Shown piece after piece: positions 42,170 through 52,557 of a stretch of 64,000 nt of DNA (its first letter is position 1; every line of letters starts with the position of its first letter). Source of the stretch: an uncultured delta proteobacterium (lineage in GTDB: Bacteria > Desulfobacterota > Desulfobacteria > Desulfobacterales > SG8-13); contig CAWKCK010000003.1 in assembly GCA_963848135.1 (NCBI GenBank), positions 124,001-188,000 of the forward strand, in the 5' to 3' direction. Position numbers and translations under genes: made by a program. The notes under the pieces are model-generated. The model saw nothing but the letters and a program-made list of their open reading frames with translations, ran no database searches and was not told the origin of the DNA.

Positions 42170-42967
42170 ATGTATTTTTATCATCCGAATTGGCCGGTCT
42201 TTCACGAGGACAATCATCTGCTTGCCCTCTATAAACCGGCCGGCCTGCTCGCCCAGGGAGACCATACCGGGGCTCCGTCTTTACTCGACCTGGCCAAACC
42301 CTGGATGAAAGAACGCTATCAAAAACCCGGAGGGGTGTTCCTCGGATTGGTACACCGCCTGGACCGACCGGTGGCCGGGGTCATGTTGTTTGCCCGCACA
42401 TCTAAAGCGGCAGCACGGTTGAGTGCTCAGTTTCGCACCGGATCGATCCACAAGGTCTACCTGGCGGTTGTCGAGGGTGTGCCTTTAAGGCGATCAGAAT
42501 CCCTCATCGATAACATCGAGCGTCAGGGGCGTATTTGTCGAATCGTGCCATCAGCCACCGATCGCAGCCGGGAAGCGCGCCTGCATTTTCATTTGATCGA
42601 AAGCAACGCGGAACGCAGCTTGCTGAAAGTGGTGCTGGAAACCGGCCGCCGGCACCAGATCCGTCTGCAATTGTCCCATGTCGGTCTGCCGCTGGTAGGG
42701 GACGTGCGCTATGGTGCTCGTGCGCCCCTGGAAGCACGTCAAATCGCCCTGCTGGCCAGGGAATTGACTATCGAGCACCCCACCCGCAGGCGACCCGTAC
42801 GATTTGTCTGTCCACTACCGAGCGGATGGCCTTGGCCGGCATCCCAAGCGGATGGCATATCGCCCTTCTGGAACTGGAGTGACTTCGATTCTATTAAAGA
42901 AAGATTAGAAACATCCCGAATCGAATATCGCCACCAAATTACTTGCGGGTTAACTGACGGTACTTGA
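42170..42967 (+). CDS. RluA family pseudouridine synthase
   Basis: [30 protein letters not shown]. Confidence 0.93.
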   Translation: MYFYHPNWPVFHEDNHLLALYKPAGLLAQGDHTGAPSLLDLAKPWMKERYQKPGGVFLGLVHRLDRPVAGVMLFARTSKAAARLSAQFRTGSIHKVYLAVVEGVPLRRSESLIDNIERQGRICRIVPSATDRSREARLHFHLIESNAERSLLKVVLETGRRHQIRLQLSHVGLPLVGDVRYGARAPLEARQIALLARELTIEHPTRRRPVRFVCPLPSGWPWPASQADGISPFWNWSDFDSIKERLETSRIEYRHQITCGLTDGT

Positions 42968-44629
42968 TTCTGCGCGGTTGATCGGCCTCATTGCCCAAAC
43001 GGCGCCGCCGATCGGTTTCATAATCCGAGTAGTTTCCTTCGAACCACTCGACGCTGCTGTTGCCTTCAAACGCCAGGATGTGGGTGGCAATCCGATCCAG
43101 AAACCAGCGATCGTGGCTGATAACAACCGCACAGCCGCCAAAATTTTCAAGGGCTTCTTCAAGGGCCCGCAGGGTATTCACGTCCAAATCATTGGTTGGT
43201 TCGTCGAGCAGCAATACATTGGCCCCTTGTTTCAGCATTCGCGCCAGGTGAACCCGATTGCGTTCCCCCCCGAAAGCATGCCGACCAATTTCTGCTGGTC
43301 GCTTCCCGAAAAATTGAACCGGGCCACGTAAGCACGAGATTTGATGGTCAATCCACCAAGATCGATGACATCGCCACCATTCGAGATCGTTTCCCATACC
43401 GATTTTTGGGGATCCAGAACATCTCTGTTTTGATCGACGTACGCCAACCGTACGGTTTCTCCCAAGCGAAAATGACCGGAATCAGGTTGGTCCTGGCCGG
43501 TAATCATTCGAAACAAAGTGGTTTTCCCGGCCCCATTGGGACCGATGACGCCGACGATGGCACCCGGTGGAAATGTAAACGTTAAATCCTCCATGAGCAA
43601 CCGGTCGCCATACCCTTTGGTGAGGTTTTCGGCCTCCACAACCAGGTTTCCCAATCGCGGCCCTGGCGGGATATAGATTTCCAGATCTTCGATCCTCTTT
43701 TCGCTTTCCTGGGACAACAGTTTTTCGTAAGCACTGATGCGCGCTTTCGACTTTGTTCGGCGGGCTTTGGGTGACATGCGGATCCATTCAAGCTCGCGTA
43801 CAAGCGTCCGCTTGCGTTTGCTCTCTCCCTTTTCTTCCTGCTCCAGGCGGTTTTGTTTTTGCTCGAGCCAGGAGGAGTAATTCCCTTTCCAAGGTATCCC
43901 CCGACCACGATCGAGTTCTAGAATCCAGCCGGCAACGTTGTCGAGAAAATAACGGTCGTGGGTCACGGCAATTACGGTTCCCGGATATTTCTGGAGGTGA
44001 TTCTCCAGCCAAGCGACGGTTTCAGCATCGAGATGGTTCGTCGGTTCATCGAGCAAAAGGATGTCAGGCTTCTGAAGCAACAGGCGGCAAAGCGCTATCC
44101 GTCGCCGTTCGCCGCCTGACAAGACCTTAACTGGCGTGTTACCCGGTGGACAGCGCAGAGCATCCATGGCCATTTCCAACCGGGAATCGAGGTCCCAGGC
44201 ATCAGCGGCATCCAACTGTTCCTGAACGTCACCCTGTTGTTCCAAAAGACGATTCATGTCGTCCTCAGACATCGGTTCGGCCAATGCTTCGTTGATGCGG
44301 TTATAAGCCTGCATGAGCTCCACTGTTGCATTCAATCCCTCCTGGACGATCTCAAGGACTGTTGTGGCGTTATCCAAAACAGGTTCCTGTTCGAGGTAGC
44401 CGATGGAAAAACCGGGGGAAAGGATGGTCTCACCGACAAACCCACGCTCGACTCCAGCCATGATCCGCAGAAGCGTGCTCTTGCCGGAGCCATTGAGGCC
44501 CAGTACGCCAATTTTTGCACCATAAAAATAGGATAAAGAGATGTCCTGAAGCACGGGACGTTTGTCATGGTATTTACCGACGCCGACCATGGAGTAAATA
44601 ATCTTATTGGGTTGATCACTCATTGACAT
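42939..44629 (-). CDS. ettA: Energy-dependent translational throttle ABC-F protein (frameshift in a G-run at 43265-43271)
   Basis: [45 protein letters not shown]. Adding one G restores [12 protein letters not shown] through to YRQLTRK. Confidence 0.93.
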
Positions 44630-44827
44630 GAATTCCTTATCTGTTACTGGACTAAAAAATCTGTTATGGTCGAGTTTCCCCTCTATTGTGGCGCCTGCTG
44701 AAAAAATGGGAACGGATTCGCGCCACGTTGCAGATCGACAAATATGATATTTTGAGTAAATTTGCAACGGGCCGGCGCCGAATGGTGTTCAGCATGGACC
44801 GAATCCAAGCATACAGAGTTATTCGTG

Positions 44828-45754
44828 ATGGATTTCGAAACAACCTTAAGGCAAAGCCGTTTGATTCTGGCAGAAGGTGCAGTAATCGAATTGCTGCGCC
44901 GATCCGGCAATGTGCCGCTGCACCCGCATCTCGAAAACGCTCTTCTCATCTATGACAAGGTCGGAAGGTCCGCCCTGACTGACATTTACGCCGATTACAC
45001 GTCCATTGCCGCACGGGCAGGTGTCCCTATGGTTTTGTTCACCCCGACGTGGCGGGCCAACCCCAACCGTATCGCGGCAGCGTGCGTCAACCCGAACCTC
45101 AATTCAGATGCCGTCGCATTTCTCTGTGACTTGAGGGCTTCCTGGGACGCGGATATCCCGATTTTCATTGGCGGCCTTGTTGGATGCAAATACGATTGCT
45201 ACAAACCGGATCTGGGTTTAACGATGCCGGCGGCCCAGGCGTTTCATCAAGAGCAGGTTGATCAACTGGCCGATACCGGCGTCGATTTCCTGCTGGCAGC
45301 CACCCTGCCCGCCGTATCTGAAGCAGGCGGAATCGCTCTTGCCATGGCGTCAACCGCCATCCCGTACGTCATCAGTTTCGTCATCGACCGGCAGGGTCTC
45401 ATTATGGACGGAAATAGTCTGGAGCAGGCTTTCGACGCCATCGATGCGGCATGCAGTCGTCCACCGCTGGGATATATGATCAACTGCGCCTATCCATCGT
45501 TTCTTCAAGCACATCGGTTGGCGCCCCGGATTCTCGCGCGCCTGCTGGGTTATCAAGCCAATGGATCATCGCTGGATCAGGCGGACCTGGATGGAAACGC
45601 CCAACTGCAGTCTGATGCCATCGATGACTGGAGCCATCGCATGATCCGCCTGCACCGCCGATACGGTTTGAAGATACTGGGCGGCTGCTGTGGTACCGGG
45701 CCTGCCCACCTAGCCTATCTGGTAAGTAAACTCAGTTTTTGTGGGGAGCGATAA
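44828..45754 (+). CDS. Homocysteine S-methyltransferase family protein
   Basis: TPTWRAN, YMINC, ILGGCCGT (Zn-binding Cys residues). Confidence 0.88.
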   Translation: MDFETTLRQSRLILAEGAVIELLRRSGNVPLHPHLENALLIYDKVGRSALTDIYADYTSIAARAGVPMVLFTPTWRANPNRIAAACVNPNLNSDAVAFLCDLRASWDADIPIFIGGLVGCKYDCYKPDLGLTMPAAQAFHQEQVDQLADTGVDFLLAATLPAVSEAGGIALAMASTAIPYVISFVIDRQGLIMDGNSLEQAFDAIDAACSRPPLGYMINCAYPSFLQAHRLAPRILARLLGYQANGSSLDQADLDGNAQLQSDAIDDWSHRMIRLHRRYGLKILGGCCGTGPAHLAYLVSKLSFCGER

Positions 45755-45858
45755 AATTCCCCTCTCACACCGGGATCATCCATTATTTACTGTGTTCAGG
45801 TCCGACGCTCACCGTAGATATAGTAAATACGACGGCTTTTTAAAAAAAGAACGCTTTA

Positions 45859-46299
45859 ATGAACATCTTCACTTACGGCTCTCTCATGTTTGACCAGGTA
45901 TGGTCGAAAGTTGTCAAAGGCACCTACACCAAAACCAGGGCCCGCCTATTTTGTTACCAGCGTCGCAGACTCAGCGGAGAAACGTATCCGGCCTTGATTC
46001 CGGGCTCACGTGATGATTATGTCGACGGGATTGTCTACTTTAATATCGATCCCACCGACAGCAAACGCCTCGATCGGTTTGAAGGCATTTACTACGCAAA
46101 AAAATTGGTGACATGTATCCTCCCGGACGGTCGTTTGGTTTCGGCACATGTTTACGTATTCAAACAAGAATACAGCGCGCTTGTCGACGAAGAATCCTGG
46201 AACCCGGAATGGTTCGAAAGCATCGGTATTCACCGTTTCATGGCCGCTTACGGAGGATATGATTGGATAGAATCGACCCGCAGCAAGAAGGCGCCCTGA
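45859..46299 (+). CDS. Gamma-glutamylcyclotransferase (AIG2-like) family protein
   Basis: FTYGSLM, YPAL, LDRFEG. Confidence 0.88.
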   Translation: MNIFTYGSLMFDQVWSKVVKGTYTKTRARLFCYQRRRLSGETYPALIPGSRDDYVDGIVYFNIDPTDSKRLDRFEGIYYAKKLVTCILPDGRLVSAHVYVFKQEYSALVDEESWNPEWFESIGIHRFMAAYGGYDWIESTRSKKAP

Positions 46300-46572
46300 C
46301 ACGCGCGCTCTTTTAAACTGGCAGTTGCTTTAATCTATCTACAATGGTTTACCGTTGACTATCAATCTGGCCAAATCATAACGACGAAAATTTATACATG
46401 TCTTCAATCGATCACGGATCAGGAGGGCGCGAACCAAGTCGATCTATCCAATTACTACCGGCTCTGCAAAATCACAACGCCTGCCCGGGTCGGATCAATT
46501 GACAAATTACAGCCGCTCAACGTAAGATGACCAGAATCCGTAAATATCACTTTATAAATTGAGGAATATTCG

Positions 46573-47139
46573 ATGCAGAAATCTCTGGGAGCAAAAACGA
46601 TGGTGTTTCCCACCCCGGTCTGGGTCGTCGGGTCGTATGATCAGAATGACCGCCCCAATGCCATGACAGCCGCGTGGGGTGGAATCTGCTGTTCCAAACC
46701 ACCATGTGTTTATGTCGCGCTTCAAAAGCCGCGGTTCAGCTTCAACAATATCACTGAAAAGCAAGCGTACACGATAAACGTCCCGTCCGAAAAATATGTC
46801 AGGGAAGCGGACTATTTCGGAATGGTCAGTGGCAGAAATACGGACAAATTCGCCGCCACCGGGCTGACCCCCGTCCACGGCGATCTTGTGGATGCCCCCT
46901 ATATCGCCGAGTTCCCAATGGTTTTGGAATGCCGGTTGATTCAAACGGTGGAAATCGGTCTCCACACACAGTTTATTGGTGAAATCATGGACCTAAAGGC
47001 CGATGATTCGGTCATCGGCGCTAAAGGGCTCCCTGACATAGAAAAGGTGCAGCCGATCGTATTCGGGCCTGAGATCCGCACCTATCATGGAATCGGTCGT
47101 TACCTGGGAAGAGCATTCGAGATCGGAAAAGGCATTTGA
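46573..47139 (+). CDS. Flavin reductase family protein (flavoredoxin-like)
   Basis: PNAMTAAWGG, SGRNTDKF, APYIAEFP, LEC, HTQFIGEI. Confidence 0.9.
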   Translation: MQKSLGAKTMVFPTPVWVVGSYDQNDRPNAMTAAWGGICCSKPPCVYVALQKPRFSFNNITEKQAYTINVPSEKYVREADYFGMVSGRNTDKFAATGLTPVHGDLVDAPYIAEFPMVLECRLIQTVEIGLHTQFIGEIMDLKADDSVIGAKGLPDIEKVQPIVFGPEIRTYHGIGRYLGRAFEIGKGI

Positions 47140-48530
47140 CCGATAAGAGTGTGGAGGTCAGTTTGGATTTTACCCCTCTATTTCACCCGAAGACCATTGC
47201 CGTTATCGGCGTGTCCTTGACGAACGACAGTCATCCGGCCAATGTCATCTATAACAAGATTCACCTGCGGTACCCGGTGAAGGTGTATCCGGTAAATCCC
47301 CGCGGCGGAAAATTAAAGCGAGACCGGGTTTATACCGACATCGCCGATGTTCCAGTCCCGATCGACCTCGCAGTGGTGGCTGCCCGTGCTGAATTCGTGC
47401 CGGATATACTAAAGCGCTGCATCGAAAATGATGTCGGTAGCGCGGTGATCATTTCCGGTGGGTTCGCCGAGAGCGGCCGGAGCGATCTGCAGGAAAAAAT
47501 GGTTTTGATGGCTCGGGACGCCGGTTTTCCATTCATTGGGCCCAACTGTTTAGGTATTTATGCACCAACCCGTTTCGATACTTTCTTTTTACCAGGCGAA
47601 CGTCTGGTTCGACCCGATCCGGGACGGGTCGCCATCGTCAGCCAAAGCGGCGGCGTTTTGGTGGACCAGATGGTCAAATTCGCAGAGCAGGGGGTCGGAT
47701 TGTCTCTCGCGGTGAGCATCGGCAATAAAGCCCTGATTCGTGAACTGGATCTGCTAAACTACCTTGCGGATGATCCCGAAACCCGAGTGATCGCCTTTTA
47801 TATCGAAGGCTTCGAAAAAAATGAAGGCCGGCGTTTCGTCCAGTTGGCCGAAAGAATTCCAAAGCCGATCATCGTGCTCAAGGCCGGAAAAAGTAGCGAA
47901 GGCCGGCGAGCGGCATCCAGTCACACCGCATCACTTGCCGGTGACTACAGAGTCTTTTCCGAAGTTTTATCGCAACACGGTATTGTGGAAGCCCAAAACG
48001 AGTTTGAAATGGTTTCCTTCTGCGAATCCCTTAGCTGCTACCGGAAATCGATTCAGGGGCGCGTCGGTATAATCTCCGTCAGCGGCGGTCACGGTGTGTT
48101 GGTGACGGACATCTGCATCGCCAGGGGGCTGGCGGTCCCCCAACTTTCGAAAAGTGTTCAGCAACAAATCCGAGAATCGCTGTCGACCCGCATTCAGCCG
48201 ATCGCCTCATTGGAAAATCCGATCGATTTAACCGGGAGCGCAAAGGACGATGATTTTGTCGCTGCAGCGAATGTCCTCAGCCGGGCACCGGAGGTCGATA
48301 GCGTGATACTGTTATTGCTGCCCTATTCGCCGGGGATCAGCTCCGATCTTGGCGCGCGTTTGAGCTATGTGTTTGGCCGCGAGGGCAAACCCCTCGTGGC
48401 CTACGTGCCCCACCATGAAAAATACCGTATGTTGATCGAAGGCTTCGAGTTGAACAATGTCCCGGTATCTTCCTCCATCGATGGTGCGGTGCTGATGGTC
48501 GAGGCCATAAGGAGGTGCCGTCCATGTTGA
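47136..48530 (+). CDS. ADP-forming acyl/acetyl-CoA synthetase, alpha (CoA-binding) subunit
   Basis: IAVIGVS, ISGGFAE, IGPNCLG, SQSGG, SIGNKA, AASSHTASLAG (phospho-His), NPIDLTG. Confidence 0.9.
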   Translation: MTDKSVEVSLDFTPLFHPKTIAVIGVSLTNDSHPANVIYNKIHLRYPVKVYPVNPRGGKLKRDRVYTDIADVPVPIDLAVVAARAEFVPDILKRCIENDVGSAVIISGGFAESGRSDLQEKMVLMARDAGFPFIGPNCLGIYAPTRFDTFFLPGERLVRPDPGRVAIVSQSGGVLVDQMVKFAEQGVGLSLAVSIGNKALIRELDLLNYLADDPETRVIAFYIEGFEKNEGRRFVQLAERIPKPIIVLKAGKSSEGRRAASSHTASLAGDYRVFSEVLSQHGIVEAQNEFEMVSFCESLSCYRKSIQGRVGIISVSGGHGVLVTDICIARGLAVPQLSKSVQQQIRESLSTRIQPIASLENPIDLTGSAKDDDFVAAANVLSRAPEVDSVILLLLPYSPGISSDLGARLSYVFGREGKPLVAYVPHHEKYRMLIEGFELNNVPVSSSIDGAVLMVEAIRRCRPC

Positions 48531-49201
48531 ACCAAGAAATGGAGAAAATCATCCACCAGGCACAAAAAACCGGTTGGATTATGGAGCCTGTAGCGAAACG
48601 CCTGCTTGCTCTGGCCGGAATACCGGTACCTGAATTTCGTTGGGTCGCCACCCTGCCGGAAGCCCTCAAAGCCGCTGAAGCTATCCGCTACCCACTCGTC
48701 GCCAAAGTCGTCTCACCGGACATCATTCACAAATCCGAAGTCCGCGGCGTGGTGGTCGGTATCAAGGATAGGGCTCAACTCACGAATACGTTCAGCGCGT
48801 TCAGCAAATTGAAAGGATTTTGCGGGATTCTGATCGAAGAACTGGTCCCGGGAATCGAGTTGATCGTTGGTGCGAAAATCGACTATCAGTTCGGCCCGGT
48901 AATATTAATGGGTATCGGCGGAACGGGTGTCGAAATTTACCAGGACACGGCCTTGCGCATGGCACCCCTGTCTGAAAAAGATGTCACCTCAATGATTGAC
49001 AGCCTGAAAGGCGATAAACTTTTGAAAGGATATCGGGCGGCCGAACCGGTCAACCTGAACGCATTAAAGCAGTTGATGGTTAATTTTTCAACTCTCGTCA
49101 TGGCGCTCGAAAATCGGTTCGATTCGATAGATTTGAATCCGGTGAAATGTACCGCCAATGGCAGTATCGTCGCCGATGCCCGCATCATGCTCAGCGGCTG
49201 A
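48524..49201 (+). CDS. ADP-forming acyl/acetyl-CoA synthetase, beta (ATP-grasp) subunit
   Basis: KVVSPDIIHKSEVRGV, ELIVG, FGPVILMGIGG, IDLNPV, VADAR. Confidence 0.9.
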   Translation: MLNQEMEKIIHQAQKTGWIMEPVAKRLLALAGIPVPEFRWVATLPEALKAAEAIRYPLVAKVVSPDIIHKSEVRGVVVGIKDRAQLTNTFSAFSKLKGFCGILIEELVPGIELIVGAKIDYQFGPVILMGIGGTGVEIYQDTALRMAPLSEKDVTSMIDSLKGDKLLKGYRAAEPVNLNALKQLMVNFSTLVMALENRFDSIDLNPVKCTANGSIVADARIMLSG

Positions 49202-49208
49202 CAATCCG

Positions 49209-49241
49209 AAAAAAATACCCGGCCATTCAATGACCGGGTAT
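49209..49241 (-). terminator. Intrinsic terminator ending the F0 operon (possibly bidirectional)
   Basis: Minus strand ATACCCGGTCA-TTGAA-TGGCCGGGTAT followed by a T-run. Confidence 0.75.
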
Positions 49242-49261
49242 GGCATCAAAATCAGATCGTC

Positions 49262-49852
49262 TTAATCGGTCCCCGCCCGTGCCATGTAGCGCTGCAGCAG
49301 TTTCTGATTGTCCTCCGCCGTAACGATACCGGGTAATTTTTCCAAGGCAAGATCGGCAGCGGTATCGATCATCTCTGCGCGCAAGGTGCTTTGAGCCTGA
49401 CGGAGCCGCCCCGCGATCTTTCGCTTGGCATTCGCCATGATAATTTTGCTCTCTTGATGGGCTTCGTTGATTATCTCCTGTTTACGTCGTTCTCCCATCT
49501 TAACGATCCGCTCTCTAACTTCATCCAATCGACCCGAATTATCTTCAAGATCCTTTTCAGCTTGCCGGACACGCTGGACCAGTTGGTTTTTCTCTTCTTC
49601 GAGATTCTGTATTTTAAGTGATATTTCTTTTCCTTTTCCGGATAGAAAGTTCTTCAACGGCAGGCGGGCGAACTTGACAATCACAAAGACCAGGATAGCA
49701 AAGTTGACCCAACGCATGACCAGATCGTAGGTAGGCCTCCAGCCTCCGCTGCTCTCGGCGGCAAAAACCTCTAACACTCCGGAGAAAAAAACGAGAAGAG
49801 TAATTGAGACAACAATCCCCGTCAGGTGACGACATCTCTTCTTGCACGTCAT
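49262..49852 (-). CDS. atpF: ATP synthase F0 subunit b
   Basis: RWVNFAILVFVIVKFARLPLKNFL followed by a long coiled coil. Confidence 0.88.
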   Translation of the reverse strand: MTCKKRCRHLTGIVVSITLLVFFSGVLEVFAAESSGGWRPTYDLVMRWVNFAILVFVIVKFARLPLKNFLSGKGKEISLKIQNLEEEKNQLVQRVRQAEKDLEDNSGRLDEVRERIVKMGERRKQEIINEAHQESKIIMANAKRKIAGRLRQAQSTLRAEMIDTAADLALEKLPGIVTAEDNQKLLQRYMARAGTD

Positions 49853-50304
49853 GATGTGAGCCTCCGCTCCAGCAGTTTTTCCATCATTCCAACGGCAAGC
49901 GATTGGGCTTCTTTTTGTACCGACTTTCTGGCTTCGGCAACGAGTGCCGTAACCTGCTGGCGGTCTTCTTGCGACAGTTTTTCCACTTCGCGCCGGACAG
50001 CGTTAACGATTCCGTCCGCTTCCTGCTTACCGGATCCTTCAATTTTCTCCCGGATTTCATGGGCCTCGCGAATGACTTCGGTTTCCTGCTTTTTTAACCG
50101 TTTCATCAAGCGCACTATCTTTTTCTCAGCCTCCGTGGCATCATCCTGGATATTTTGGATGTGGCCCTCCCTTTCCTGAACCACACTGCGCAGCGGCTGG
50201 ATCATGACCCGGTTGATGATGTACAGAAAAATCAGAAAAGATATCAATTGAATGATGAGGGTCTCATTGATACTGATCAATGCAATGTTGCTGATGATCT
50301 GCAT
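49849..50304 (-). CDS. ATP synthase F0 subunit b'
   Basis: INETLIIQLISFLIFLYIINRVMIQPL...ERE, then a coiled coil. Confidence 0.88.
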   Translation of the reverse strand: MQIISNIALISINETLIIQLISFLIFLYIINRVMIQPLRSVVQEREGHIQNIQDDATEAEKKIVRLMKRLKKQETEVIREAHEIREKIEGSGKQEADGIVNAVRREVEKLSQEDRQQVTALVAEARKSVQKEAQSLAVGMMEKLLERRLTS

Positions 50305-50516
50305 AGCATCCGTCCAAAATATAATACGGCCCAGTTTACCCGCCGAGAACGATCACGCACCATGGCCAATGATGGTTTCATGACCGCCAGCGAAGAAATT
50401 AAACCCGTCAAAGGTGTCGCTATACGCCGAACCCGCCGCAGGGTCATCCCCAATGCGATCGAGTCACCCTTTTTTAATTCAGGCCCTTGCGTAGCGTATG
50501 GATATATTTAGTCCGT

Positions 50517-50765
50517 TTAAACGACAAACAGAAGCAGGAGCGCAATGACCAGAGAATAAATTCCCGTTGACTCCGAAACCGCCTGTCCCACCAGCATGGT
50601 ACGCGTCAGCAAACCGGCTTCCTGGGGATTTTTTCCGATGGCTTCACATGCTTTGGCAGCCACCATCCCTTCCCCGACACCGGGACCGATTGCTCCAAGC
50701 CCCATGGAAATTCCAGCACCGATGAATGCTGCTGCTTTTACGAGATCTGCACCTTCGATTGCCAT
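50517..50765 (-). CDS. atpE: ATP synthase F0 subunit c, Na+-type signature
   Basis: Glycine zipper GPGVGEG, KNP loop, AVSESTGIY (E-S-T-x-x-Y); strong CAGGAGG RBS. Confidence 0.95.
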   Translation of the reverse strand: MAIEGADLVKAAAFIGAGISMGLGAIGPGVGEGMVAAKACEAIGKNPQEAGLLTRTMLVGQAVSESTGIYSLVIALLLLFVV

Positions 50766-50891
50766 TTTATGTACCTCCTGAAAGCGACAAAATTAGATTG
50801 ACCGTCTACTTTGAAATTATTGATTCAGCCGCCGCTGTCCCGGTCGCGAAATCGATGCTTCGCAGTGTCAAACAGAGCGGGGTTTTCAATT

Positions 50892-51866
50892 TTAAAGCAC
50901 AAAAATGAGAACCAGGCTTATCACCATGGCATAAATAGCGGTGGATTGAGACACAGCTTGCCCCACAAGCATGGTCCGCATTAAATCACCGGCCCGTGAC
51001 GTATTTCTGGCAACCCATTTTACGGCACCCTCGGCAGCCATCCCGTTACCGATACCGGGACCGATACCTCCCAGGCCAGTGCATAAACCGGCAGACAGCA
51101 ATGCCATGGACGCACTGAGCGCCTGGGATTCTGGAAAGGCCTTGAAAAGCAGGATGAAGCTAACCAAAAGGCCGAAAATAGATGGTGTCTGGGCCACGGC
51201 CTGACCCACCAGCATGGTGGTGGTGACATTGGCAACCGATTCCGGGTTTCGGGCGATTCCATCACAGCTGACACCTGCCGCCATGCCGCCACCGTAACCG
51301 GACCCGATTGCCGCCAGACCGGTACTCAGGCCCGCGCCAATCAAGGCCGCCCATGTCGGAAATAATGGTGAGCTACTGAAATCCATGAAGATCAACATCA
51401 ACGCCACCACCATGGAAAAGATTGCGGGCGTCTGGCACACGGCCGACCCGATCAGCATATTGGTGGTCAGACGGGAACCTATGGCCGGCTGGCGTGAAAT
51501 CCCCAGGCAACACTGGCCGCCCGGAAATCCTGATCCGATACCGGATCCTATGGCGCCAAAACCCATGCTGAGGCCGGATCCGAACAGGGCGGCCGCCTTC
51601 AGCGGTGTCGCACCGGGAGCATCGAGAAAAAGAAGCAAAATAGCAATCACCAGAGCGAAGATAGACGCGGATTCCGCCACTGCCTGGCCCACCAACATAT
51701 TTTTGAAAATATCACCGGAAATCTTCGGATTGCGGGATACTGCCAGGTTGGCCTGAGCGGCGGTGTACCCTTCACCAATAGCCGCACCGATGGCTCCGAG
51801 ACCCATCGCAATTCCACCGCCGACGAAGGCACTCAACTGTACGATTGTTTGTACGTCAAACTGCAT
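50892..51866 (-). CDS. atpE: Quadruplicated ATP synthase subunit c (four hairpins, eight TM helices)
   Basis: Four ~81-aa repeats, each with a glycine zipper, an R-[NQ]-[PT] loop and ML[VI]G[QS]AV-x-[EQ]. Confidence 0.92.
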   Translation of the reverse strand: MQFDVQTIVQLSAFVGGGIAMGLGAIGAAIGEGYTAAQANLAVSRNPKISGDIFKNMLVGQAVAESASIFALVIAILLLFLDAPGATPLKAAALFGSGLSMGFGAIGSGIGSGFPGGQCCLGISRQPAIGSRLTTNMLIGSAVCQTPAIFSMVVALMLIFMDFSSSPLFPTWAALIGAGLSTGLAAIGSGYGGGMAAGVSCDGIARNPESVANVTTTMLVGQAVAQTPSIFGLLVSFILLFKAFPESQALSASMALLSAGLCTGLGGIGPGIGNGMAAEGAVKWVARNTSRAGDLMRTMLVGQAVSQSTAIYAMVISLVLIFVL

Positions 51867-51869
51867 ATT

Positions 51870-52544
51870 CTACTTCACCTGTACGGAAATGTAGACCACA
51901 GTGAGCATGGTAAACACAAATGCCTGTATTGTTCCGACAAAAAGGCCGAAGAACCCGTTTAGGAAAGGGGGTAATATGATACTGTAGCTCAAATAAGATA
52001 CCACCAGGATGATGATGGAGCCGCCCATAATATTTCCAAAGAGCCGGAATGAAATCGAAATAATCTTTGCAAGCTCACCGATAAGATTAAGAGGCATCAT
52101 AAAGAAAATCGGTTGAAAGTATTCCTTGGCGTAGTTTTTGAACCCTTTGCTCTTGATGCCGGCATAGTGGGCAATTACGAAGCCCATAAGACCTAAACTC
52201 AGCGGGGTGTTCAGATCTTTGGTTGGTTCTTCGAGATGGGGAATGATTCCCAGCCAGTTGGAAAGCAAAAGAAACATGAAGAGCGCGCAGACCATCGGAC
52301 CGTACTTCCGGGCCTTTTCCCTGTCGAGGGCATCCTCGGTCAATTTGTAGAACTGCTCCACAAAAATTTCTCCCAAGACCTGAAGTGGTTGGGGGACGAT
52401 TTCTTTTTTTCGGGCAGCAGACATACCGAAAATAATGAGGAAAGTGATAACGATCCATGTCATAATGATCACATCCAGGTTCAGTGTGATCGTGTAGCCG
52501 AATACAGGTATGATCAGCTGATGGACAAGCCCAAGTTCACCCAT
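51870..52544 (-). CDS. atpB: ATP synthase F0 subunit a
   Basis: PTKDLN, SISFRLFGNI (essential Arg), IQAFVFTMLT. Confidence 0.95.
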   Translation of the reverse strand: MGELGLVHQLIIPVFGYTITLNLDVIIMTWIVITFLIIFGMSAARKKEIVPQPLQVLGEIFVEQFYKLTEDALDREKARKYGPMVCALFMFLLLSNWLGIIPHLEEPTKDLNTPLSLGLMGFVIAHYAGIKSKGFKNYAKEYFQPIFFMMPLNLIGELAKIISISFRLFGNIMGGSIIILVVSYLSYSIILPPFLNGFFGLFVGTIQAFVFTMLTVVYISVQVK

Positions 52545-52557
52545 GAAAGGTTTTCCC

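Noticed and set aside
43265..43271. Programmed frameshift or phase variation in ettA
   Set aside because: A homopolymer indel among many scattered indels; sequencing error is the simpler explanation
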